Below are positions 18,723 to 30,504 of a DNA stretch of 64,000 nucleotides, piece after piece (the first letter of the stretch is position 1; each line of letters opens with the position of its first letter). Under the pieces are notes generated by a model. The model had not been told where the DNA came from. It made no database searches and saw only the letters and a program-made list of their open reading frames with translations. Source of the stretch: Candidatus Sericytochromatia bacterium. Its GTDB lineage: Bacteria; Cyanobacteriota; Sericytochromatia; S15B-MN24; JAQBPE01. The stretch is from assembly GCA_035284745.1 (NCBI GenBank), contig JAYKIL010000021.1, positions 9,197-73,196 of the forward strand, given 5' to 3'. Made by a program: the position numbers and the translations under genes.

Positions 18723-21016
18723 TTTTTCAGGTCCACATCCGCGCGCGGCAGGATGTTGGGCCACCAATTCCATTTCCCCATCAACGCCATAAAACTGGGG
18801 ACCAACATCACTCGGATGATGAGTGCGTCTAGAACGATCGCCACCGCCAAACCGAACCCCAACATTTTGGTCAACACGACTGAAGCGGCGGCAAACGCCC
18901 CGAATACCAAAAGCATGATCAGCGCGGCGTTGGTAATAATGCCGCCTGTGGCCGCCAAACCCGTCGCCACCGCGCGTTCATTATCGCCGTCGACGAGATA
19001 CTCTTCTTGAATTCGACTCAGCAAGAAAACCTCGTAGTCCATAGAAAGCCCAAACACCAGGCAAAAAACGATAATCGGAATGGGGACCAGGATATTCCCT
19101 GGCGCCTCGGAGTACCCCACAAGACCAATCAGATACCCGTGCTGGAAGACCAATACCAAAGCCCCAAAACTGGCTAGCGTTGACAGGGTATTCATCGCCA
19201 ATGCCTTCAACGGCAAAATCAGGGACCGGAACGACCACGCCAGCAGGATAAAGGTCACCCCAAAGACCAGCGCCACGACATAGGGGAAATTGGAGAGAAT
19301 CGCATACTCAAAGTCGTTGTTGACAGCCGACGGGCCGCCAATGGCCACCTCCAAATTAGCAAAACCAGGCACAGCCGACCAATCTCTCCGCTGCAATTCG
19401 CGCACGAAGGCCTTGATCTCCTTGTATGCCGCATCGTTTCGGGGCACAACTTGAATCACCGTGCCGGACGCATCCTCACTCAGCAGCAACGAGACCGCCT
19501 CTGGAAAGCGTGAACGCACCGCCTTGGTGTCTCCACTGTAAAAAACGTTGCTCAGTAGAAGCAAACGCCCGGCAAATTGCACGATAGAACGTACTTCTTT
19601 GACCACGGGTTCCGCGGCAAACTCGCGTGTCACGCCCTTCAGGGCCTTCAAAGAGGCAGGATCAGTGATGGGGCGACCATCCTTGCGGCGAACAAGCAAC
19701 TGAATAGGATAGACCTCACCCGCCTGCCCCATCGCTTCCATCGAGCGAAGCCCTTGGCCAGAATCCATATCTGCCGGCAAAAACTTTGAACCGAATTGCC
19801 CGAACTCGACCGTCATCGCCGGCAATGAAAGGAAAAGCATCAAGATGACCCCAGCGCCAAGAAAACGCATCGGGTTGCGCATCACGGTGCGCGCCCAGCG
19901 ATACCACATCGCCTGATGGTCCAACATGCCAGCGACCCAGCGGGAAAAACCCGCAGGCCAATCAATGCGGGGGCCCAAAATTCCCAGCAGGGCTGGCACG
20001 AGGGTAAGACACAACAGCACCGCCGCCAACACTGTCAAAGACCCCGCCATAGCCAGTGAGGTGGTGTCGATCAGATCCGGCAAAAACAGGGCTAAAAAAC
20101 TGATCATCACCGTCAGACCCGAGTAGAGAACGGCCACGCCAGACGTTGAAACCGTCTCTCCCACCGCTGCCTCAACACCGTTGACGTCTCCCGCGCGCCG
20201 ATGCAACGCCTCTCTAAAGCGGGTCACCATGATCAACGCATAATCAATCCCGATCCCCAATCCCACCATCGCTGTGATGTTTTGAGCCATCGAAGAGAGA
20301 TTCATGCCCTGACCCACCACAAAAAGTAGGCCCAAAGTAGTCACCGAAGCCAAGGCCCCCAAAAGAACGGGAATACCGGCGGCTGCCACGGCGCCAAATG
20401 CAAACAACAAGAAGGCCAAGGCCAGAGGTAGAATCCTGTGCTCCGCGGTGGTGGTATCCTTCGCAATCATGCGTGTCGCATCGTAACCAATGGGGATCTC
20501 CCCCGTGAGATGCACCTCCAGTCCCGGCAGGCGCTCTTGCCAGCGAGACGCGACGGCAGCCATCTCGCGACGGGTCTCAGGCACCCGCTGCTCTGCATCC
20601 AAAAAGGAGCTCGCATCGATGCCCAAAATCAAAAAAGTCCGATGACCATCCGAACTGCGAAAACGGGCATCCTGACGATCGAGATAGCTAAAGGTACGAA
20701 TCACGTACGGCTTCTTTGAGAGCACGCCTTGAAGCTCAGCCAACATGCCTTGGAAAGCTTCATCATCCAAATCTGCCTCGCTAGCCGCCGCCGTCACGAT
20801 AAACGGGAAACGGTACGGGCTTTTGAATTCCGTGCGCAGCCAATCCTGCGCGCGCGCTGACGAGCTGTTCGGAATCCCCGCCGCAGAGCCTCTGAGCACT
20901 TCAGGCGCCCGTGCTGCGCCAAAAAAAGCAATGAAGACGATAACAGCCCACGCGACCACCACAGCAAAACGCCTCCGGTATAACCAGGTACCGAACGCGT
21001 AAAACAGGGGGGCCAT
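18719..21016 (-). CDS. MMPL/RND-superfamily membrane transporter
   Basis: ~765 aa, two 6-TM bundles separated by large loops, MMPL-type motifs (GIDYALIMVTRFREAL; GLSMDYEVFLLSRIQEE). Confidence 0.8.
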   Translation of the reverse strand: MAPLFYAFGTWLYRRRFAVVVAWAVIVFIAFFGAARAPEVLRGSAAGIPNSSSARAQDWLRTEFKSPYRFPFIVTAAASEADLDDEAFQGMLAELQGVLSKKPYVIRTFSYLDRQDARFRSSDGHRTFLILGIDASSFLDAEQRVPETRREMAAVASRWQERLPGLEVHLTGEIPIGYDATRMIAKDTTTAEHRILPLALAFLLFAFGAVAAAGIPVLLGALASVTTLGLLFVVGQGMNLSSMAQNITAMVGLGIGIDYALIMVTRFREALHRRAGDVNGVEAAVGETVSTSGVAVLYSGLTVMISFLALFLPDLIDTTSLAMAGSLTVLAAVLLCLTLVPALLGILGPRIDWPAGFSRWVAGMLDHQAMWYRWARTVMRNPMRFLGAGVILMLFLSLPAMTVEFGQFGSKFLPADMDSGQGLRSMEAMGQAGEVYPIQLLVRRKDGRPITDPASLKALKGVTREFAAEPVVKEVRSIVQFAGRLLLLSNVFYSGDTKAVRSRFPEAVSLLLSEDASGTVIQVVPRNDAAYKEIKAFVRELQRRDWSAVPGFANLEVAIGGPSAVNNDFEYAILSNFPYVVALVFGVTFILLAWSFRSLILPLKALAMNTLSTLASFGALVLVFQHGYLIGLVGYSEAPGNILVPIPIIVFCLVFGLSMDYEVFLLSRIQEEYLVDGDNERAVATGLAATGGIITNAALIMLLVFGAFAAASVVLTKMLGFGLAVAIVLDALIIRVMLVPSFMALMGKWNWWPNILPRADVDLKN

Positions 21017-21108
21017 TCGATTAGAGCCCAAATGCACGAAACAGACCTCCAGGCCATCCACAGATGGCGGAAGCCCAAGTTTACCATAGCAACCGAGCGA
21101 AAGGCCCC

Positions 21109-21846
21109 TTATACCTTCGTATCAAGACCGTCTAAGACTTTATCAACATAGCGCCGGGTCTCTGCATACGGAGGGACCCCATTAAATTTCTGGACAGCGC
21201 CCGGACCAGCATTATAAGCGGCCACAGCCTTTTCAAGATTACCTTCGAAACGCCGCAACAGTTGCGCCAGATAGCGCACCCCACCCTCTACATTCTGAAC
21301 TGGGTCGTAGGGATCCTCAACTCCAAGCTCTCTCGCGGTCCCTGGCATCAATTGCATCAGCCCCATCGCCCCTGCAGAACTGGTCGCCCGTGCGTCTCCC
21401 CCGGACTCCGTGCGCAACACGTTCTCGACCAACCGCGCAGGAACGCCATGACGCTCCGCCGCTCCCTCAATGAGCGCACGCCAACGCGCGGTTCCCGTTT
21501 CTTTCCCTGAGTAGACAGGCTGCAGCAGGGCATGAACCCCAGACACATCAGCCGCACCCGAGATTTCGCCTCCGCCGACACGTGCGATTACCCCTCCGAC
21601 AGGGCCACTGGCTCTTGCTGAGAGGGCCCGCCCAAGACCGGTCCCATCCCAGGAACCGTGGGCGGACGCGGGCGCCGCTGGAAACTCTTTTAAGGCAGCC
21701 TGCACCGCGTCCTCGAAACTTTGCTCCAGGCCCAAGGAGAGCCTCTCGAACAATGCGTCGGGGTCGTTTCCTCGCAGCGCCGGTTCCACAAAGGCATTTG
21801 CGTGAACCTGCGGCACCCCAGGCAAGCCAAGCTTCCCAAGTGGCAT
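21109..21846 (-). CDS. Lytic transglycosylase (SLT domain) protein
   Basis: ENVLRTESGGDARATSSAGAMGLMQLMPGTARELGV...AYNAGPGAV is the SLT catalytic region (E-S, GLMQ, AYNAG). Confidence 0.75.
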   Translation of the reverse strand: MPLGKLGLPGVPQVHANAFVEPALRGNDPDALFERLSLGLEQSFEDAVQAALKEFPAAPASAHGSWDGTGLGRALSARASGPVGGVIARVGGGEISGAADVSGVHALLQPVYSGKETGTARWRALIEGAAERHGVPARLVENVLRTESGGDARATSSAGAMGLMQLMPGTARELGVEDPYDPVQNVEGGVRYLAQLLRRFEGNLEKAVAAYNAGPGAVQKFNGVPPYAETRRYVDKVLDGLDTKV

Positions 21847-21995
21847 TTCATCACCTCTAAGGCAGTTTATAGCAGTCTTTCAAAGGGTTTACGCTGACCG
21901 GAATCACATAATACTCCTCGGGGGGGCGTTTGACAAAGCGGTGTGGCCTCGGTCACTTTATGGGCGGGTCACAGTTTTTCTGAGGGGACATAGCG

Positions 21996-22778
21996 ATGGC
22001 AAAAACTGCACTCGTCACAGGCGCATCGAGTGGGATTGGAGAGGCATTCGCCAGGGCGCTCGCTGAGAGAGGTTTCAACCTCGTGTTGTTGGCGCGGCGG
22101 GGCGACCGGCTGGATACTTTGGCTGCAGAATTGCACGCTCGCTCCGGTGTAAATATCGATGTGCTCCCGTGTGACCTGACAGAAAACAACGCCTTTCAAC
22201 AAATAGAAACGCATCTCACCCAGCAAAGTCTCACGATAGACCTGCTGGTGAACAATGCGGGAATGGGACTGCACGGGGCCTTCGAGACCCAACGCGCAGA
22301 GGATGATGAGCGCATGATACAGCTCAACATCGTTGCGCTCACCCGAATGACCCGTTGCATCGTTCCCGGGATGGTGCAACGTCAACGTGGCACGGTCATC
22401 TTTGTGGCATCGACTGCCGCATTCCAATCAATCCCGTATTTCGCCATCTATGCTGCGACCAAGGCCTACGTGCTCTCCTTCGCGCAAGCATTGGCGCTCG
22501 AAGTGGGGCCCAAAGGCATCCTCGTCCAGTGCCTGTGTCCGGGCCCCACTCGCAGTGAATTCTCTAACCATGCCAAGTTTCAATCCGACACCATCACGCG
22601 AGCACCTCAACAAACGGCTGAACAGGTGGTTTCAGAATCACTGGCCGCCGTCGAACGCCGAGCGCACGTGGTCGTCACCGGCTCCATCAACCGTTGGGGA
22701 ACGCTCTTTAGCTCTCTTTTACCGAGAAGCATGGCTGCTCGAATCAGCGGCCTGCTTTTCACTCCCCGCCAAAATTAA
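21996..22778 (+). CDS. SDR family short-chain dehydrogenase/reductase
   Basis: TGASSGIGEAFAR Rossmann motif, NNAG, YAATKAY catalytic Y-x3-K. Confidence 0.85.
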   Translation: MAKTALVTGASSGIGEAFARALAERGFNLVLLARRGDRLDTLAAELHARSGVNIDVLPCDLTENNAFQQIETHLTQQSLTIDLLVNNAGMGLHGAFETQRAEDDERMIQLNIVALTRMTRCIVPGMVQRQRGTVIFVASTAAFQSIPYFAIYAATKAYVLSFAQALALEVGPKGILVQCLCPGPTRSEFSNHAKFQSDTITRAPQQTAEQVVSESLAAVERRAHVVVTGSINRWGTLFSSLLPRSMAARISGLLFTPRQN

Positions 22779-22782
22779 GCGT

Positions 22783-24699
22783 TCACGGGCCTAACTCGAC
22801 GGGCCCCGGACCTTTCAGTAGAAAATCATGGGCCGGGTCCACGCGCAGTCGAACCGGTCGATGCGGGCTCAGCAGCTTAAATTCCACCTCGCCCACGGAC
22901 AAATCCAAGTGATAGATGCGGGATTGTCCCTGCGTATTCAGAATTAACGGGAGGCGAATACTGAAGGGTTCCCCCTGCTGTATCAACCGACCCGTCACGG
23001 CAAATCCATCGCCGGCCTCCATGATCTGAACGTCCGCCAGGCTCACTTCCGGGCGACCCGTACGCCCTAACCATTGCGCGATAAACGCACTCAAATTCTT
23101 CTGGGACTCTGCCTCGCAGGCCGCCACGAAACTTACCCACGAGCGTTCGGGACGAGCAGCCCAATTTCGCAATGCGCGGGCAAAAACATCACCCCCTAAG
23201 CGATTACGAAGCATATGAAAAACCATCACCCCTTTGTCCTGAAGAAGAACCCGGCGCAGGTCAGAGGACATCTCTGCGTCCACTTTACTCAAGGGGATGT
23301 CCCCCGATGTTCCGACAATGGCATCGAAGCGGCGAATCGATTCCCACAGGCGATCGCGAAAAGCCATCGAGCCCTCGGTTTGCGCCAACAATTGGGCAGC
23401 CAAATAGCCCGACAACCCCTCACGCAACAACAACTGTTCTCCCTCGGTTCCAGAGAGGGTCAGTTGCTCTAGCAAGGTAGCAGCCATTGCAGAGGGCACA
23501 AATGTTCGGCGCATGATGTCGGAGGCCAACGTTTCGGACGAGAGAAGCAAAAGATTTCCCTGAACCTGCGAAACCAGTGCGCCGCATTCGCCAATCAGCC
23601 AATGACGGGGTGTTGGTAAACTCAATCGATCCGCTAAATATCCGGACGCGGACTGAACCTCCGCAGCGGCGGCTGCCAAGGCACCAGCATTCACACTCTG
23701 TGCATAACCTGTCACCGGGGTGACGCCCGTCCTCTGTTCCCGGTGAGGCCAGTCACTCATCCACAAAGAAAGATTCGAAAGCGGTGATTCACTGCGATGG
23801 CGGTAAAGCCAGCCATCAGGGAAACGCTCCACGTCCGGTGGGTCCCCCGGCATCAAGGAGACCCACCCCGCAGGCACCATCACGGCCGCTTTGGTTGCAA
23901 AAGAGCGGGCAGGAACAGGCTGGCGGGGCCACCACGCGGAGGTAGGAGGCAAAACAGTTACTAATCCAGGCTTTCGAACCGCTCCGGCAGTCGGAATCTC
24001 CCCTTCCCAGACCAGCCTGATGGCTGCATCCAATTCCCGAACCGGAGCCCCCACGTACACCAAGTCGCCAATTTGCCGAAACGGCAATGTTTCTCGCCCC
24101 CACGTCGCCCGTGTCACCTTGAGTTCCGGAGCCAACTCAAAAAAAATTCGTCGGTCGGGGCCACTGGCCTTTAAGCGCATCAACGATTCTGCCCGTAGGT
24201 ATCCCGGGCTCCGGAGGTCCACGTTCAATTCTTGAGAACTGACCACCGCATCGGGGCGCCCCAACGGAATGCTGTCACTGAAAACCCAAACCCCGGCGCG
24301 TCTCAAGGCCTGAATGGGAAATGAACGCGTCAAATGCCGACTGTCGGAGGTTTGAACAGCAATCTCTAGAATCCCGGCCATCCCATCACTTCTGGCGTAG
24401 AAGGTCTCGTATCTGACCTCCCACGAGCGCGGACTCCAGGCTCCCGAGCGCATTTCGTGCCAACGTTCATTCAGCCAGGTGAGCATCGGGCCACCCTGCG
24501 GAACAACCCAACGAACCCTCTTAAATTCGCCTGAGGCCAGCGCATCGCGCAACGCAATGGCCAGTTTCTCGGAGTCCGGCATGGGTGCGGCGAGCTGGGG
24601 CAATGAAATTTGAGCGAAACCCGGTGCGTCAAAACTCAAACCTAGACATAGCAAAAAGACAAGACCCGCGCCCGCCTGGCGCGACACCGCCCTCATCAT
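22783..24699 (-). CDS. Hypothetical secreted protein. C-terminal region faintly M1-aminopeptidase-like but no HEXXH seen
   Basis: Signal peptide GLVFLLCLGLSF. Segment VFHMLRNRLGGDVFARALRNWAA resembles the post-catalytic helix of M1 peptidases, but no zinc motif was found. Confidence 0.45.
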   Translation of the reverse strand: MMRAVSRQAGAGLVFLLCLGLSFDAPGFAQISLPQLAAPMPDSEKLAIALRDALASGEFKRVRWVVPQGGPMLTWLNERWHEMRSGAWSPRSWEVRYETFYARSDGMAGILEIAVQTSDSRHLTRSFPIQALRRAGVWVFSDSIPLGRPDAVVSSQELNVDLRSPGYLRAESLMRLKASGPDRRIFFELAPELKVTRATWGRETLPFRQIGDLVYVGAPVRELDAAIRLVWEGEIPTAGAVRKPGLVTVLPPTSAWWPRQPVPARSFATKAAVMVPAGWVSLMPGDPPDVERFPDGWLYRHRSESPLSNLSLWMSDWPHREQRTGVTPVTGYAQSVNAGALAAAAAEVQSASGYLADRLSLPTPRHWLIGECGALVSQVQGNLLLLSSETLASDIMRRTFVPSAMAATLLEQLTLSGTEGEQLLLREGLSGYLAAQLLAQTEGSMAFRDRLWESIRRFDAIVGTSGDIPLSKVDAEMSSDLRRVLLQDKGVMVFHMLRNRLGGDVFARALRNWAARPERSWVSFVAACEAESQKNLSAFIAQWLGRTGRPEVSLADVQIMEAGDGFAVTGRLIQQGEPFSIRLPLILNTQGQSRIYHLDLSVGEVEFKLLSPHRPVRLRVDPAHDFLLKGPGPVELGP

Positions 24700-25385
24700 C
24701 GCTGCGAATCTTCGAAGGCTTCGTATCCTAGAACCGAGCGCTGAAGCTCAAACAAAGCCTTGTCTTTGTGGCCTTGGGCCAAGTAAGCCCGAGCCAACAT
24801 CGCATGACCGTGTGGGGTATCCGTCAATTGTAGGTGTCGCAAGGCGTAGTCAACCGACCTGTCATACCATTTCATCGAATAGGCCGCCTGGGAGAGGTCG
24901 TAATACACTTTGGACAACGACCGCCCTGAATTGAGCCGAACCACCCCTTCCAAAACCCAAATACTTTCCGGATAACGCCCCATTCGCAAGAGCGCCCGAC
25001 CCCAGAGTGCCTGCACGTCCGCGTGGCGGTTATCTAGCTTGTAGGCGCGTTCCGCAGTCGCCGCCGCCTGAGGCCAACGTTTGAGCCTTTGAAAAAGTTG
25101 GGCGAGACGGAAGAGCGCTTCAACATTGCTGGGATCGGCCTGGATCGCAATCTGATATTCTTTGATCGCAAGGTCATACAGCCCCTCTTGGATAAAGCGT
25201 TGCGCCCGCTCAAAGAGGTCATTCGGGGAGCGCTGAGTGCGCTGCTTTTGCGTAGGTGGCGCAACCCATTCCTCTGCACCCGCAATACGCCCGCTCAGCA
25301 CGACGAGAGTGGCAGTCTGCAAAACCAAGACGGTCGCGCGGCACGTCCAAATTCTCACTGACCTTCTGCCTCTCGCCTCTCTCAT
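24696..25385 (-). CDS. Tetratricopeptide-repeat protein with N-terminal signal/anchor
   Basis: TPR-like repeats (AIKEYQIAIQADPSNVEALFRLAQLF..., WYDRSVDYALRHLQL). Start ATG overlaps the era stop (TGATG). Confidence 0.6.
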   Translation of the reverse strand: MREARGRRSVRIWTCRATVLVLQTATLVVLSGRIAGAEEWVAPPTQKQRTQRSPNDLFERAQRFIQEGLYDLAIKEYQIAIQADPSNVEALFRLAQLFQRLKRWPQAAATAERAYKLDNRHADVQALWGRALLRMGRYPESIWVLEGVVRLNSGRSLSKVYYDLSQAAYSMKWYDRSVDYALRHLQLTDTPHGHAMLARAYLAQGHKDKALFELQRSVLGYEAFEDSQR

Positions 25386-26295
25386 CAGTCCACCACGTAG
25401 CCCAGACGCTTCAACTGAAGTTTCTCGCGCCGCCAATTTTTTAGGACCTTTACCCACAATCCGAGGAAAACCTTCTCACCCAGCTGTTTTTCAATCTGGG
25501 CCCGCGCAAATTGTCCAATGGCCTTCAGGCGTTCGCCCCCGTTCCCGATGACAATCCCTTTCTGACTTTCGCGCTCGACAAAAATCGTCGCCTCAATGCG
25601 AATCGGACGTACCGTCTCGTCAAAGGTATCTATGCGAACGGCCACACTGTGAGGAATTTCGTCTGCCGTCGAGCGCAGAATTTGCTCACGGATTAACTCT
25701 GCGGACAATACCCGCAAGGTTTGATCAGTGGGCACATCCTCCTCGTAGTAGCGAGGCCCTTCGGGCAGATGCTCGACAATCGCCGTCAACAAAGAACGGG
25801 TATTGCGCCCCGTCTTCGCCGATAGAGGCACAACGGCCACGAACTGCCCCAAGGCCCGGTAACTCGCAAAGACACGCTCCGGCACCTGCCGAACACGATC
25901 AACCTTGTTCAAAACCAAAATAGTCGGTAATTCGCTTTGGGCCAGCAGTTCTGCAATGAAGGCATCCCCTTTTCCTGCCACTTCCTGCGCGTCCACCAAT
26001 AAAACCCGCAGGTCCACTTGGGATAGGGTGTCCGTTGCAGCCTTCACGATATTTTCCCCGAGAAGGTGATGGGGCTTGTGAATTCCGGGAGTATCAACGA
26101 ATACCATCTGGGCCTCGGGGGTGGAGACCACCCCTTGGATGGCGTGACGGGTGGTTTGCGGCTTGTCACTGGTGATAGCAATTTTTTGCCCGACCAAGCG
26201 ATTAATCAGGGTGCTCTTGCCCACGTTGGGGCGCCCGACAATGGCAACCAAGCCGCTTCGGAATTTCTCTTCAAGATGCTCGGAGATTTGAGACA

Positions 26296-26296
<1 letters not shown>
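25385..26296 (-). CDS. era: GTPase Era
   Basis: G1 GRPNVGKSTL, DKPQTTRH, DTPG, NKVD, C-terminal KH domain. Confidence 0.9.
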
Positions 26297-28409
<2,113 letters not shown>

Positions 28410-28469
28410 TTACGGCAAGACTCTAGTGTACAGGCTAATCGTGAGCTCCGCTCAATTGGCGCCCAGAAT

Positions 28470-29912
28470 TTAAATGGCCCGCCGGGCCACGTCCTCATTG
28501 AGTGGTTCCTGGATTTCCAAAGGCGCGGTGTGACGCCGCCAGATACGCACCCGAGAAACGCGGCGATTCTCCACTTGCTCTATCTGTAGCCGAACCCCCT
28601 CCCAAGTGACTTCCTCGCCACTCAGAGGTGCACGGCCGAGCAACCCGACCACGAACCCCCCGATCGTATCAAAATCGTCTGTAGGGAGCTGCGCACCCAA
28701 CTTCGCCGAAACATCATCGATATTGGCGCGCCCATCAACGACCAGCGTTCCATCAGACTGAAGGTCTATCTCAGCAGGCTCTTCCGCATCGTACTCGTCG
28801 CGAATCTCCCCTACAATCTCCTCCAGAATATCCTCAATGGTCACCAACCCAGCCGTACCCCCAAATTCATCCAACACGATAGCCAAATGAACCTTTTCGG
28901 TGCGCATCAACTTCAATAGCTCATCGACGCGTTTGCTTTCCGGGACGTGGAAAGGAGGTCTCACCAATTCCAAAGGAATGCTTGCCGGTCGATAATCCCC
29001 TTGCAAAACCCCTAAGAGGTCCTTGGCGTAAAGCAATCCGATGATGTTGTCGGGCGACTCCTCGTAGACCGGTATACGAGAATGACCCTCGGTAATGGCC
29101 ACACGCAAAGCTTCGTCAAAATGACAGTCGGCAGGAACGCAGACCATATCAATACGGGGAACCATAATTTCCCGCGCCGTGGTATCCCGCAGTTCAATCA
29201 CAGACTCAATCATCTCTGTCTCTTCTTGCTGCAAGCCCCCGTGTTCGCGAACGTCTGCGATCAATTGACGCAACTCGTCTTCTGCCACCAACGGCAAAGC
29301 CATTTCACCCTTAGAGCCCGAGAGCGTATTCACAAGTTGCACATAAGCTCGCGCTGCGGCCGTCAAACACCATACGGGAAACCAAAGGAGGTGGGCAGTC
29401 CAACGCAAGGGGCGCGAAACCAAAAGGGCATAGCGCTCGGCGTTGGCCGCCCCTGCCGACTTTGGGATGATCTCCGCGACCAGAACCACCAAAAAAATCA
29501 TCGCCAACGCAACGCCCGCGATCGCCAACCACGGCGCTATCGGCCACTGGGCCCAGGCCGTTCCGAAAAACCCGCGCGACATCGCCTGATAAACAGACAA
29601 CGACAGGACCGTTGAAGCAATGATGATTAGACCGTTCTCTGCCAGCAGTATCGTGCCAACCAGACGTTCCCGGGCTTGGATCAACCCCTGCAAACGCACC
29701 GCATCCTGACGCCCTTGTTCTGCAAGGTGACGAATGCGGTGCTTGCTCAACGTGATGATGGCCGCTTCAGAACTCGAGAAGAAAGCGGTACCGACGATGC
29801 AAAGCGCGACAACAAACGCAGCGGTGCCCGGTTCAATCGGAGGTACAGAAATATTGATGGCGTGCGCTAAACCGTTTGGACTGCCAGGGTCCATATCGCT
29901 CCTTCCGTTCAA
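28470..29912 (-). CDS. CNNM/CorC/TlyC-family hemolysin-like membrane protein (DUF21 + tandem CBS + CorC_HlyC)
   Basis: N-terminal 4-TM DUF21, central CBS pair (REIMVPRIDMV; NIIGLLYAKDLL), C-terminal transporter-associated domain. Confidence 0.8.
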   Translation of the reverse strand: MNGRSDMDPGSPNGLAHAINISVPPIEPGTAAFVVALCIVGTAFFSSSEAAIITLSKHRIRHLAEQGRQDAVRLQGLIQARERLVGTILLAENGLIIIASTVLSLSVYQAMSRGFFGTAWAQWPIAPWLAIAGVALAMIFLVVLVAEIIPKSAGAANAERYALLVSRPLRWTAHLLWFPVWCLTAAARAYVQLVNTLSGSKGEMALPLVAEDELRQLIADVREHGGLQQEETEMIESVIELRDTTAREIMVPRIDMVCVPADCHFDEALRVAITEGHSRIPVYEESPDNIIGLLYAKDLLGVLQGDYRPASIPLELVRPPFHVPESKRVDELLKLMRTEKVHLAIVLDEFGGTAGLVTIEDILEEIVGEIRDEYDAEEPAEIDLQSDGTLVVDGRANIDDVSAKLGAQLPTDDFDTIGGFVVGLLGRAPLSGEEVTWEGVRLQIEQVENRRVSRVRIWRRHTAPLEIQEPLNEDVARRAI

Positions 29913-29982
29913 ATTTCAGCGCCTCAACGGGACGAACTGAAACTTAAACCAACGGTGCCCTTATTATATCATAGGCCGCGCC

Positions 29983-29988
29983 GTTCGC
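29983..29988 (-). promoter_or_regulatory. Putative -10 hexamer (TATAAT on the minus strand) in the 95-bp gap upstream of the CNNM gene. The gap also contains a short inverted repeat (tttcag...ctgaaa) downstream of the YbjN-like gene
   Basis: Read directly from sequence; no convincing -35 element, so confidence is low. Confidence 0.25.
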
Positions 29989-30007
29989 TGTGAGCCGTGC
30001 GCGAGTC

Positions 30008-30502
30008 TTAAACCAGGCTGGGCGAGCACATGGCAAGAATTTCGTTATCGTGGGCATCGGCGTGGTTCACCAACGTCAAAATGGCCGCCCGGAACTCCGT
30101 GTAATCGAGATCATCGGTCGGCAAGTCAACCATCGCAAAGATTTCGCCTCCGTCCATCACGCAAAATTTTGTCAGCGGGATCAAAGCATTCAAGCGCAAA
30201 AGTCTTTCATAGACCTGCGGTTTCACGGCTGTCGGAATCTCCCGACACACCATGGTCCGGAAAGAAAGCCAACCCGGTTCGTCGATGGAAACAAACACCT
30301 CATGAACCTGCAAGTCGCCCGGGAATGCGGTTCGCCAAAGGGTTTCATCACAACGTTCAAAAGGCCAATCCAAGTCGATAAAGTACTGGTCCAGTTTTTG
30401 AGCAAGTGTCACAGAACGCTCTCCTCTATTTTTTTCGCGCTGCCTCGGGGCAGAACCACGCGGTTCAGTGTACCAAGGATTCGACGGGGCACACAACGCC
30501 AT
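30008..30502 (-). CDS. YbjN-domain protein (T3SS-chaperone-like fold, 'putative sensory transduction regulator' family)
   Basis: LDWPFERCDETLWRTAF...VSIDEPGWLSFRTMV...IFAMVDLPTDDLD is a YbjN-like pattern. ATG at 30502 lies 2 nt after the stop of the upstream Cys-rich gene. Confidence 0.55.
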   Translation of the reverse strand: MALCAPSNPWYTEPRGSAPRQREKNRGERSVTLAQKLDQYFIDLDWPFERCDETLWRTAFPGDLQVHEVFVSIDEPGWLSFRTMVCREIPTAVKPQVYERLLRLNALIPLTKFCVMDGGEIFAMVDLPTDDLDYTEFRAAILTLVNHADAHDNEILAMCSPSLV

Positions 30503-30504
30503 TC

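Noticed and set aside
28476-28488. GC hairpin ggcccgccgggcc as a terminator for the CNNM gene
   Set aside because: It lies inside the 3' end of the coding sequence (the stop is at 28470..28472) and has no adjacent U-tract.
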